Assembly (NCBI GenBank): GCA_030141605.1
Contig: JAQGDQ010001344.1
Location: forward strand, 1 to 19,762
DNA from: Tubiluchus corallicola
Lineage: Eukaryota; Animalia; Priapulida
Length of the DNA stretch: 19,762 nucleotides
Direction: 5' to 3'
Shown: positions 1 to 10,320 of the stretch, one piece after another
Layout of the letters: each line of letters starts with the position of its first letter
Position numbering within the stretch: position 1 is the first letter of the stretch
Program-made: the position numbers and the translations under genes
Notes under the pieces: model-generated
Seen by the model: the letters and a program-made list of their open reading frames with translations, nothing else
Database searches by the model: none
What the model was told of the DNA's origin: nothing

Positions 1-3
1 CAA

Positions 4-53
4 CCGAAGTTAAACAATGCCAAATCCGATACATAAATGGATAGGTGACTGCC
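4..53 (+). pseudogene. Degenerate 5S rRNA-derived fragment (5S pseudogene or 5S-derived SINE segment), cut by the window edge
   Basis: CCGAAGTTAA (4-13) and TGGATAGGTGACTGCC (38-53) align without gaps to the internal control region of metazoan 5S rRNA as I remember it (CCGAAGTTAAGCAAC...TGGATGGGTGACCGCC). About 35/50 positions match by hand, and most mismatches are transitions. Confidence 0.5.
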
Positions 54-704
54 GTGAAAAATGTATCCAGCAGCATAGCCATGCTTTCGGAAGCTCTCTG
101 CAAAATAATTTAGCGTGCCCTACCATTTAAAAGTAAAATTATTACAGCTTACTAGGGCACTACAGGTTTTAAAATCAGAAAACGATGTGTTACAACATGC
201 TTTTCTTTGTAATTTCATGCTAGCAGAAGTTTCTGGTAAACATAATTATGCATTAGTTTGGAAACCTTGGCGATTCAGGCTGTTCACTTCAAACGTCACA
301 GCCTCTAACCCGCTGGGCCCGAGCCTGCAAATTCATGGTTTACCGGTGCACAGATATACCTCTCTACATGTCCGAAAGCGACCAAGCAGTTTAGATCTAC
401 GGATTTGCTGTCTTATTTTAGAGGACTATCCTGGAAAGAGGACAATCCCGCCAAAACCATCTGCACTTGCACTGATCTCTGGATACTAGTTCACAAACTC
501 AAACCAAATAGAAAAAACAAAATGTGTACCAAACACATAATTACCCGCCTAACTCAATATTAAAATTAGCAAATTTAAAAAAAAATATCAGCAAAATACC
601 AATAGTTCACCGTAGTTTGAAATATTTCTTGGTCTTTCATATTAATGTATATCTAAAAAACAGAAACAAAAAGTCAATAATAGTGCTAGCAAAATTATTA
701 TTAC

Positions 705-778
705 CCCTCTTTTGGAAATATCTGCTCCACTTCAGTTTGATGATAAGTCAACAGCTCTGACGTTTTGCATGCAAACAC
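705..778 (-). CDS. GK: Glycerol kinase, coding exon 2 (74 nt): [25 protein letters not shown]
   Basis: On the - strand, ttttag|GTG...GAG GG|gtaa. It follows exon 1 in phase 0 and matches the animal GK segment [25 protein letters not shown]. Not in the ORF track. The next exon (WVEQDP...) was not found and is presumably left of the window. Confidence 0.93.
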
Positions 779-1518
779 CTAAAATTCGCAAACGAAAATG
801 TTCGTTAAAAATATATAGCAAAAGTACCTTGATGACGATAATGACACAGGATATGTTGAGTATACAACACTTTCACTGCTCTTTCTGATTTTATATGCGA
901 GAAAGAGAGCAAATAATTCCCATAATGTGGCAAAGTAATGCAGAGGTGAGGGTGAGTTGGTCGGAGTAGTATGTGCGAAAAAAATTAAAATAATAAAAGG
1001 CTGAATTGCAAACTTTCGACAAACCGACACAACTGACCCTTCCAGCAAGCCATCACTGATCTTTCTTAATCACCGTACCATAACAACTGCCCCATAATAG
1101 CATTCTTGTACGAATCTAATCTTCATTTGCACCATCATCTCATTCACTCTTCATTGTCATTTCATAACCTTTACTGCCACCCTTGTATTTCATGTTTTTT
1201 GCTTTTTTATCCTGCACTTTTTACATCTTCTCTTACCATTTTGTTTTCCGTGCAGTCCTGTGCAAGTTTAACTTCTTGGCCCGAGCCGTTATATCAATTT
1301 ATGGTGTATTTAAATCTTGTTTATTTGTTGTAGTAACAGTTTCTATATACAAATTGTAGTACTGATTGGCATTTTGAAAATAAAATAAAAAAATACGCAG
1401 CACTTCCATCAGAGAGAGACAACTTTTGAGAAAAAACGAAAATAAAATGCCAGAGAGAAAACGTAAGATTGAACAATTAACAGACATTCAATGAGAGAAA
1501 ATTATAGGCGAAAAAGCT

Positions 1519-3715
1519 GGCACTCTTTTAGAATTCAGATCCCGCTCGATTTTCGCCGAGCGATCGCCGATTTTGATATGATTGCTTAGCGCAATATGAC
1601 GATCTGCGCAGCGCATACGGTGTTATGTTGAGTAACTAATTAACATCTATGCCTGTTACAACACTTTGGTTTGGTGTTCTTTTAATCAGTGCACCTTAAC
1701 TTGTAATTGGAATGGCGCTGCTCTTTAAATTGGAATAAAGCCATAATTCCAATCATTTTCTCTTTTATTTATGGTTATAACATACGGTACGACAATTGGT
1801 CAGCCCCTGAGTTTCCCTTATGGCAGAATAAGTTTATGAAATAATACTATTTGATAAACAAAATATAATAAACAAAAAATTGACATTTGATCCGATTTTT
1901 GATGCATTTGATTGTATAAAATTTATTTTAACCTGAATAAATAATTAAATTACTACAAGAAGTGTTAAGCATTTTTGTTTCGAGAAGTGTTTATGCTGCA
2001 ATAGTTAGGATACTTTTCATAATAACAATTATTATTACTCGGCATTATTATTAATAGCTAACCGTACCACAGTTAGATTTTAATTTCCTCATTTGTCATT
2101 TTAATAAATGTTTCATTTACAAACTCTTCATACCTAATTTTTAATGTTCCCAGACGATTTTTTTAGTCTCACGCGTTGTCTGGCACAGCAGGTTGTTTAC
2201 TTTAAATTTTAGTCGAGGTTTGGACTGAACGTACGCATAACAACTAAATTTACACTGACGACGGAAAAAATGTTAAATGTTAAAACGCAAATTTTTCCTG
2301 TTAAATTTTAGTCAAGAGTGAGCTGGATACAAATTAAAATAATTATATAGTAAGTTAATTTAGGTTAACAAACATAACAGAAAAATGTGAAAGCTTTCGA
2401 GTTGATGCTATGATATTTTTATTTTGCTACTCAGACTAGTGGTAAAAACAATTAATCCTTTGTTGAAACAAAAAGTAATCTAACTTCGATTTACTCACGA
2501 CTTGACATTGCTTCATTTTTTTGCTTCTTATGTTGGTTTGAGTTCTTGATTTATATGTAATTATTAGTTTTGTTTTTGATGAGTCTAAATTTTCCGTTTT
2601 GTTTGCTAATTTAAATTTTGTCTCTTCTCATTGCCAAATTTATTTACTGTTTTTCTAAATTTAAACTCATTTGAACTTGTTGCCTCATTTTTTTGTTAAG
2701 TTGCTGATTATTTTCATTTGTACATACCTTACTTGACAGGTCACTTAATTTTCTTCAGTTTGGATAGGGGTGGTTGGCTGGGTGACCCTTGGTCTTTTCG
2801 CCACCCCGTCTCTTTTCCATCTTTTATTTTAGTTTTTGTTTATGTTTATTTTGTAAAATTCTGAGACAAACAAATTTTTTACTTACTTATTAAACTCAGC
2901 AGGCTAGTAGGTCTATTGAGCAATCAATTAACACCAGTCTTTGCAAGAGAGTAGAGCTACCTATTATTCAGTAACAGACACGTTAGCGTTAATTGCCATG
3001 AATACTTTCCTTTCATAGTTGATACAACTTGCGTTTCTACCAAACCAGCCCTTTTCAGGGCTAGGTCCTAATAGGGCCAACAAATATTTCCAAAAGAAAA
3101 GTTTTATTTGCTATAACATAATAATATAAAAACCACTGAAAAACGTTATTTAAGCCAACAATTTATTTATTCAGTGAAGTGAACTATCATTTCGACTGAA
3201 TAAAGTCATGTTCAGCATTTTTACTGTTTTAGCATTATCTCGATTATTAGTTGTTAATGTTGTTGTTGGCATCCTTCTGTCTCAAAAGACAATGGAGTGT
3301 GCGCCAAGAGAGTCAGTTGATCACATCGATGGAGCTGCAGCGTCGACTGTGGCTGAGTAATCCGATCCTTGAACCACTGGAATGGCCTCAACAGGGCGCA
3401 CGCCTGGGCAAGGTGTACGGAGATCCTGGGTTGCCCAGTCAACAGGAACCCCCTCTCTTCCTCCCTGGTGTAGTCCAAAGTAAAGCGGAGCGATACGTTT
3501 GGCACCTCGATTATTAAATAAATAATAATGAGTATTCTCATAGTATTTTATACCCGCAGAAACAAACGTGCTAGGCATAGAAACGCTGACTGCCTGCTGA
3601 AGGTCCGCGAGCAATCGTGAGAGCAGCGCAGGTTGTCATATTGCGCTAAGCAATCATATCAATTAGGTTAGCACTCGGCGAAAATCGAGCGGGACCTGAA
3701 TTCTAAAAGAGTGCC
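1519..3715. mobile_element. Non-autonomous DNA transposon (2197 bp), Merlin-like (MULE not excluded), in the intron following GK coding exon 1
   Basis: Bipartite TIRs starting 5'-GG: 1519-1560 vs 3674-3715 match 41/42, and 1573-1600 vs 3635-3662 match 28/28. Flanks AAAAAGCT (1511-1518) and AAAACGCT (3716-3723) form an 8-bp TSD with one mismatch. No transposase ORF was recognised. Confidence 0.8.
2670..2889 (+). mobile_element. 3' end of a CR1/L2-type LINE with a (TTAC)n tail, nested in the Merlin-like element; 5' boundary uncertain
   Basis: GGGTGGTTGGCTGGGTGACCCTTGGTCTTTTCGCCACCCC hairpin-like motif, then a T-rich tract and TTACTTACTT. It resembles the reverse complement of 15021-15165. TTAAACTCA at 2661-2669 and 2890-2898 may be a TSD. 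Confidence 0.5.
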
Positions 3716-3804
3716 AAAACGCTTACAACAAAGGCTTCGCCCGGACGATATACAGTAAAAAGTTATATTTCCTAGGGAGAAACTGAAGCAATTTTTAATT
3801 CGAG

Positions 3805-4514
3805 TAGAAGCACATCAGTCCACACTTATAGTACAACAAACATCACAAACCCACTACTAGAAGCACGTCAGTCCACACTTATAGTACAACAAACATCACA
3901 AACCCACTACTAGAAGCACGTCAGTTCACACTTACAGTGGACTCTCGTTACAAGAATCACACGTATAAGAATCAGCTCGATATAAGAATCAAAATCGCGT
4001 TTCCCGAATTGAATCGGCATTTTCCTAGTGAAAATCCGCTCGTATAAGAATCACCCTTCTTTCGATAGTAGAATCAATTTTGGCGCCAACTCCATTGTCT
4101 CTCACGCCCTGCTTACAAGGTTCTGCGCAGTGGGCGTGGCGGAAAAAATTATGTGCATTAAAAATTTTTTAAGGCAATTCTGGCATCATGAAATATTTAC
4201 CCAACCATGAAATGAAAACATTAGTCTAGTAATTTTTAGGTCCTTTTTAGGCCAGAAAAACATTATGCTGTTTCATGTCGTTTCTAGCGTAATTTCAGGA
4301 AATAAATAATTTTTATGTGCATAAAAATTTTTTAAAGCGATTCTGGGTCACGCTCGTTATAAGAATCGCTTGTTATAAGAATCACTTTGCCTTCTCCCGA
4401 GGTGATTCTTATAACGAGAGTCCACTGTATAGTACAACAAACATCACAAACCCACTACTAGAAGCACGTCAGTCCACACTTATAGTACAACAAACATCAC
4501 AAACCCACTACTAG
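3805..4514. repeat. 53-bp minisatellite, 4 units (starts 3805, 3858, 3911, 4459), third unit interrupted by a MITE
   Basis: Unit TAGAAGCACGTCAGTCCACACTTATAGTACAACAAACATCACAAACCCACTAC with near-identical copies. Spacing 3911 to 4459 equals 53 + 493 + 2. Confidence 0.95.
3935..4427. mobile_element. Tc1/mariner (pogo/Tigger-like) MITE, 493 bp
   Basis: TIR CAGTGGACTCTCGTTA(C/T)AAGAATCAC at both ends, TA at 3933-3934 and 4428-4429, and repeated subterminal TATAAGAATC motifs. The empty site is visible in sibling minisatellite units. Confidence 0.93.
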
Positions 4515-4521
4515 GTCATAC

Positions 4522-4587
4522 CAAAAATCTAGTGCTGCTAGTTCCCTGATCAACAGCTCCCACCAAGGGACCGTGTTCATCTGCCAT
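4522..4587 (-). CDS. GK: Glycerol kinase, first recognisable coding exon (66 nt): [22 protein letters not shown]
   Basis: Contains the FGGY-kinase phosphate-1 motif DQGTSS within [17 protein letters not shown], as in vertebrate GK. It ends TTG|gtatga (phase 0) and joins in frame to 778-705. Not in the ORF track. Confidence 0.94.
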
Positions 4588-6219
4588 TCCGAGACCGTCT
4601 AACAAAGACTGAATGGCTGAATTTATCTTTAGATATCACAAATATATTGTTTATTAATTATATTCACTGAGAACAACGTCCCATACCCAAAGCGTATTTA
4701 GTCTAGATAAATTAAAACAAACATGATGCAATGCAGCCACACGTGATAACGCCGGCACTTCGTCTTGTTTGACCTTTAATACATTTCCGCAACGTCACTT
4801 CCTGGACGCCAACTGTTAATAGTTTTTAGCTAATACCATAGATCATCCAAAGAATGTGAATACTGAAAAGTGAATGCACAACAACGTGTATCATATATAT
4901 TGCTATCTACAATGGATAGGAATGGTCAGCGGTGTTGTGGAGGCCTAGAGGGCATACCTAATGGCAATTTCATTATATTTACATAAAATGCAGTATCATT
5001 TTTTGTCTTACTGGTGTTAGTACTCGTCCGGTCTAATACTTTTCGTTGTGTCACAGGCTAATCCAAAAACTATTGCTAAAAATGCCGTTTTCACGAAACA
5101 TATGTAAATGGGTTTTGTTTCCTCAGTCTCGCATTACATCACTTTTGTTCTGGAAAGTGAAACTGGGTTTCCCCATTCTACATGTAGTATATCAGTGCTT
5201 GATTTTCCGTAAAAATGCAAAACACATTGTTCCATGCTGTACACTTAAAGTCCAGTGCACACCGCCCAAAACCATGTCACTATTCAGTTTACCTTGTATA
5301 CCTACTGCTGTTGCATTACTGGCCACTGAGAAGCAGGTACAACCGTTACATTAATGTATTAATGAAACAACCACTCATTTTTCAATAATTTGTTGAACAG
5401 TAAGTTCAAAAATGGTAATGATAATGATGAACATGCGATTATGTTTTTCGTGGTGTCGCTGTGCAGGGTTCTGGAAAGGGGTCACTGTCAACAAAAAATG
5501 AGAACCACTGATTTAGTATAACAATTAAGTTTACTGGCAACTTCGAATGCCTAAGACTTTGAAAGCTGTCACTAGAGCAGATCATACCGAATGGCCTGGA
5601 AATCACAAGGCTTCAGCCCACTGAACACATAGGGAGATATCCTGAAGGACAGATAGGAAGCTAAAATGATCAACGAAATTGGACTGGATTGATACAAGTT
5701 TGTGAGATTTGCCAGATGTTTTGGAGGATCCTGAATTAGACCCAAATCGATCTTTCTGAATCTCTGATCATATTCTTCAAGGTTATCAATCAATGGTGAA
5801 ACTGTGGAAAATGATATCATCTGCAAATATGGGAAAGAGTTGGCTGTAAATGAAGCCCGTGTAGGCTATAAAAATTTTACATTATTTTTAGTTTTCTCTC
5901 TATATAACAGTGCATAATATAAGTGATTCAAAGAAATACAAAGAATAGAAGAAAAGAGAAGAAAACAGAATAAATTCTGTATTAGAAGAATGTGATATAA
6001 CTATGGTAGTAACAAAAATAATAGTTTTAATGTGCAGTAATTTTGAAAACATGTAATAGCTAGCTAGTAGATTTATAAGTGACGACAAGGCGAGAGTCAC
6101 GGGTCAAACAGAACTGATGCTTGACATTTTACTGTAGTCTGCTCATAGATATTTTGCATTACTTTGCCGAGAAAAATTTTCGTGTTAATTTGCTGGTCCT
6201 GAATGTACACTGCATACGT

Positions 6220-6430
6220 ACAGCTTCAAAAGATGGCCTTTAGGAACGACCTTGCATATTAGATTTGCGATGTGCGAACAGAAAAGTTCATAGTGTAGAA
6301 GGTAGAGATGCAGACACGGATACGTCGGATAGTGACGCCCGTGTCAGTGACTCAGATGAGATGAAATCATCATCGTCAATCAACATGCGACGCATGCGCA
6401 TATTGCGTTATGGCCTGGCAAAATGGATGT
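6220..6430. promoter_or_regulatory. Candidate shared/bidirectional promoter between GK and ZDHHC
   Basis: CpG-rich patch between two divergent genes. It has an NRF1-like CGCATGCGCA (6391-6400), a YY1-like AAGATGGC (6230-6237) and an AP-1-like TGACTCA (6348-6354). Motif-based inference only; no TSS data. Confidence 0.45.
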
Positions 6431-6592
6431 CGGATAGCTGTTTTTGTATTTTGTTTTCACTTTCATTACCTTTATTGATAAAAATTGTAAAATGATTTGC
6501 TATGAAGTTTCTAAAATTGTGGATTATCTAGTGATAATTATACACTGACTAGCAATTAGAGAAGTGATGATCGTTTTAGCAGTTTTTATGGT

Positions 6593-6825
6593 ATGATAAA
6601 GTCTTCGGCGCCTCAGTACGCCCCAGTAAACACCGAATCACCGTCTCATCTTCATAATCAGGAAGATCGTAAAGCCATGGCTCGACCTACAAGAAAGTGG
6701 GAAGTTTTTCCAGGACGGAATAAATTTTGCTGTGATGGAAGACTAATGATGGCTAGACAACTCGGAATTTTTTATTTCACAGTTGGCCTTATTATAGTGA
6801 CCTGTGGTCTTTTCTTTTACTCAGA
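6593..6825 (+). CDS. ZDHHC14: Palmitoyltransferase ZDHHC9/14/18 family (Drosophila approximated-like), coding exon 1
   Basis: MIKSS...[44 protein letters not shown], ending GA|gtaagc (phase 2). [12 protein letters not shown] is the conserved N-terminal motif of this subfamily. Alternative start ATG at 6677. Confidence 0.92.
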
Positions 6826-8190
6826 GTAAGCCTGGCCTCATTACATAATAATTAATTGATAATATGAATCAGTAAATTTTATTAAAATCTCAAGTTCATA
6901 GCTATAGTCTAGAAATGTTCTCAACATTCATTGTTGTATTGAAACAAGAAAAAACCTGTTAAAGTGTTATATTTTATTTTGTTTTATTTTCAGTAGCAAA
7001 ATTATGGCATATGACTAATTGTGTTAAGCTAGTAAACTTAAGAAAATAATGAGAAAAGTGTGCCAGCAGTGTAGTTTGTGTTTATCACAGCATCGCTGAA
7101 ACATGTCATTGCCGCTAATTGGATGTCAGTTTGTCTTTAACTCCTTGATGGGTACATACATTTACTCATCATTTGTGACAGATAAACACATTGCCTTATT
7201 AACTAAAGTTTCTACTGTCCACATTTAATGAAATTTGGAAAGGAAACGGGTTTCAAATGTATATAAAAATTATCGCCAATTGACTCAAATAATTCCGCAT
7301 AATTGACTCGATATTTTTGCTTTGCGTACTTAAACTAAGACACTTTTGTGTGATAAAAGAGCATTTACTACTTTTATGTCATCTTTAGTTCACTTTTGTG
7401 AATTATAATATACACTGAAACAATCGTGTTCCATTTTGTTTGCAAGCAGGTACGTTTATCATGCACTAATATTCTAGCATAGCATTTTTGTTTTGAATCT
7501 ATCACCTGCTCATCTGCTGCAGTTAATCTCATTGCCGAAGAATTTATGAAAGCTAAATTTTTAATCACATTCCTCTAGAGTGGTTTCTTTTTCAAGCTCT
7601 GGCTGCTTCTCACTGAATTTTTAATCTGTTAACTGTTGCTGTTATGCTACTGATGCAGAGATAGCAATCTGCCAGTATTCTCTGTGATAAGACCCCTATT
7701 AATAAGACCCCTATTTGAAAATACTATATATAATAATCATAATTACTGATTAATTATATTGTTTTGTTTAGATTTAGGTATCTAACTTTATTATTTTTTG
7801 TTTTCACTTCTTTTTTGATAATTTGTATCATTTATACTGTTTTCTATTATTTTTTCTTATTTGTTTTTGTTATCTGCAGCATCACCATTTATTTTTAATA
7901 TACTAATCTATTTACAAGAAGGGTATAGAGTACTAATCTTGAAATATAAGCACAAATACCGAACACTCACTTTAAAGCTCTCACAGCCTTTACAGTTCAT
8001 ACTCAGATGAAGAGTGATGACTCATGCTTCTATATTTGTACTACTACATCTGTCGGCTAATAGATTCACTCGGTTAATTCGGTCAAGACACTCATCCCAT
8101 AATGAGTCTATTAGGCGGCACCTACTGTAGTAGCCTTTATTTTCTTTTAAACATTCAAACTGTTTTACACATGTTTTTGTTTCTTTGCAG

Positions 8191-8351
8191 CTGTCCTTTC
8201 CTAGCACGAGAGTTGACGCCAGCGATACCGGTCATTGGTGCCGTTTTATTTCTCTTTGTTATGGCTATGTTGTTTCGCACAAGTTTTAGTGATCCGGGCG
8301 TGCTACCTAGAGCTACACCGGACGAAGCGGCAGATATTGAAAATCAATTGG
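8191..8351 (+). CDS. ZDHHC14: ZDHHC14-like coding exon 2 (161 nt)
   Basis: ttctttgcag|C...G|gtatgt. Encodes (D)CPFLARELTPAIPVIGAVLFLFVMAMLFRTSFSDPGVLPRATPDEAADIENQL, including the DPG motif. Confidence 0.96.
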
Positions 8352-8379
8352 GTATGTGAGATTGTTCTGTATGATAATA

Positions 8380-8575
8380 CAGTCAACCTCGGGTATAAGG
8401 TACTCGCTTATAAGGGACCACCAACACCAGTCCCGATTTTTTGTAACATTTTTTCTATGTAAAAATCTTTGTATATAAGGTACTCGGACATAAGGCACAT
8501 TCGGTTATAAGGGACATCGGATATAAGGGACAATTTCTTTGATCCCAAGGTGTCCCTTATATCCGAGGTTGACTG
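8380..8575. mobile_element. Tc1/mariner (pogo/Tigger-like) MITE, 196 bp
   Basis: TIR CAGTCAACCTCGG(G/A)TATAAGG, TA at 8378-8379 and 8576-8577, and multiple internal TATAAGG(G/T)AC repeats. Confidence 0.9.
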
Positions 8576-8577
8576 TA

Positions 8578-8945
8578 CACTCATATCTCGGTTTGCCGGA
8601 CCTCACTTTTTATGGATATCGGAAAAATCGGGCAAGATCTGGCCTGTTGAAAGTGCCACATACTATGAACGCAGTCCTTTGTTTTGCGAGCTGACCGCTT
8701 GTTGGTGGGCCATCACTTTGTTCATGTCATTACATCAGTGCAACCAAGCAGAGTGCAACGACACGTGTGTAACTTGTATGTCAGAAGCAGCCCAAACTAG
8801 ATGTTTTTTGAGACGATTAATTCTATGTGACTGTAAGTCCAATACAGGACACCTACTGCATTATCTTAATATCCGTAATTACAGAAAATCAGCAAATTCG
8901 GACCGATGTCTCCCCACTTTTGTCCGGCAAACCGAGATATGAGTG
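8578..8945. mobile_element. Tc1/mariner-type MITE, 368 bp, sharing a TA with the preceding MITE
   Basis: Perfect 24-bp TIR CACTCATATCTCGGTTTGCCGGAC, with TA at 8576-8577 and 8946-8947. Confidence 0.9.
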
Positions 8946-9050
8946 TACTTCAGTAACGTTACAATGATAGCAAATATTTTCATTTAAAAAAATTCTATTT
9001 ACATGTGATTTTTCCTAAACTTTTCTATACATTTAAAGGTCAATTGCTAC

Positions 9051-9294
9051 CTTCTTCTTCTTCTTCTTCTTCTTCCCAGCTTTTCCCTATTCGGGGTCGC
9101 CGTTGTGAATGAGTCTTCTCCACGCATTCCTGTTGTTGACCATCTCTTCATTTATGCCTTCAATTCGCACAAGATCTTCACCGACTCTTCTTTTCAGGTG
9201 TCCATGCCATCGCAATCTTGCGAGGCTTCCACTCCTTTTACTGCTCCTCTGATATCATTATTTCTAAATTTTATCTCGTCTTATTATTATTGAC
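9051..9294 (-). mobile_element. 5'-truncated, internally deleted RTE-clade LINE with (GAA)n tail
   Basis: Perfect 19-bp TSD TTTAAAGGTCAATTGCTAC (9032-9050 and 9295-9313). The - strand gives frameshifted RRDKI/RNNDIRG...LRWHGHLKRR...NRNAWRRLIHNGDPE* followed by GAA repeats, typical of the RTE ORF C-terminus. Confidence 0.88.
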
Positions 9295-9318
9295 TTTAAA
9301 GGTCAATTGCTACATTAA

Positions 9319-9788
9319 AGGAAAAACCAACCCTTGAACACATTAATTTTATTTTAATGCACATCTAAAAATATTGAAATTATTGCTTATTATACACGCA
9401 TAAATATGTGAGTAAAATGCCTTGCTTAAAAATGTAAAAGAAATTTAAATCATTCGCATCTCTCACTAAACGAACCTCGCTGTGGTTATATTTGAAAAAA
9501 AAATGATGCAAGCTGGTGGACCACACGCATAAAAAACCTCTGCAGTTCATTCAGAAATTTCACAATGCTAACTGATTAAATCTTTGCATTTAACTGTGTT
9601 TATGTAAAAACTAGATTTCACTATGTTTCATTCACTATAAGCGCTCGCCCAAGCATGAAGTGATCACGACTTTAAATTGGTATTACAAATTAAGTGAGGC
9701 TCTTATCACAATTTTATTGTTGGAACTTTTTGAGATTATTCTCAAATATTAAAATAAGCTCAACTGCTTGAGAGACTTGGCTTTTCCT
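9319..9788. mobile_element. Kolobok-like non-autonomous DNA transposon, 470 bp
   Basis: TTAA at 9315-9318 and 9789-9792, with short TIR AGGAAAA(A/G)CCAA (11/12). Confidence 0.7.
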
Positions 9789-9792
9789 TTAA

Positions 9793-10320
9793 AGCACAAG
9801 AAAATCCTCCACTTACATTAAGCTTAAAAAATTCGTCTCGAAATTTTATACCACTTACATACTACCTTTTCTTATTCGTGGCTTGCATCGGCCGTAACTT
9901 TGTATAAAACTTGTAAATTTAAACAACCGCGATGACCGTTAGGCGCAGCCATTTTAATGGTAAGTTGTTTGAAACAAGTCTTGTTAATATTAAGTAAAGT
10001 TTGAAAAAATAATCAGAGCATTCGTAGCGCACATGTTACTAACTAAGTAAAATTTTAAATTAATGTATCTTGTCAATAAGAGTAAAAATATGTTTTTGGT
10101 TAGTGAGTGGTGCGTTGTAGGGTGAGTTGGCAACATTTTGCCAATTCCAGCAGGTAAGTGAAATGCTAAGTAATATAGATTTGCACGGAAAGTTTTTTGG
10201 GTCATAATTTAACATTTCCTTTTCTTCCCCTGATTTACGCTTACGTAGTGATGTCATGTAATGGCACCGTCGGAAGGCAGTTTTTCTGAAACCTACTTCA
10301 GGTACCCCTTTTCTTGTCCT
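9793..10320. mobile_element. Second Kolobok-like non-autonomous element, 528 bp, sharing a TTAA with the first
   Basis: TTAA at 9789-9792 and 10321-10324, with short TIR AG(C/G)ACAAGAAAA (11/12). Confidence 0.68.

Noticed and set aside
3040-3090. - strand PEKGW resembling GK PKEGW
   Set aside because: Flanking residues do not match GK, it lies within the transposon, and the true exon is at 705-778.
3805-4514. CRISPR-like appearance of direct repeats here and at 17229-18400 and 19097-19762
   Set aside because: Units are contiguous with no unique spacers, there are no cas genes, and the context is a spliced eukaryotic locus.
5464-5518. hAT-Charlie-like right end (TGAGAACCACTG)
   Set aside because: No matching left terminus or TSD was found, so it is too weak to annotate.
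6265-6495. 76-aa ORF and an opposite-strand short ORF (MLIDDDF...) with a GTATCC site
   Set aside because: No recognisable homology. GTATCCGT does not match the U12 GTATCCTT consensus, and the region is better explained as promoter/5'UTR.
7687-7715. 14-bp tandem duplication ATAAGACCCCTATT (similar case at 10894-10937)
   Set aside because: Ordinary slippage or repair duplications with no further structure.
8550-8942. 130-aa Cys-containing ORF
   Set aside because: It spans two MITEs, starts at GTG inside a TIR and has no transposase motifs.
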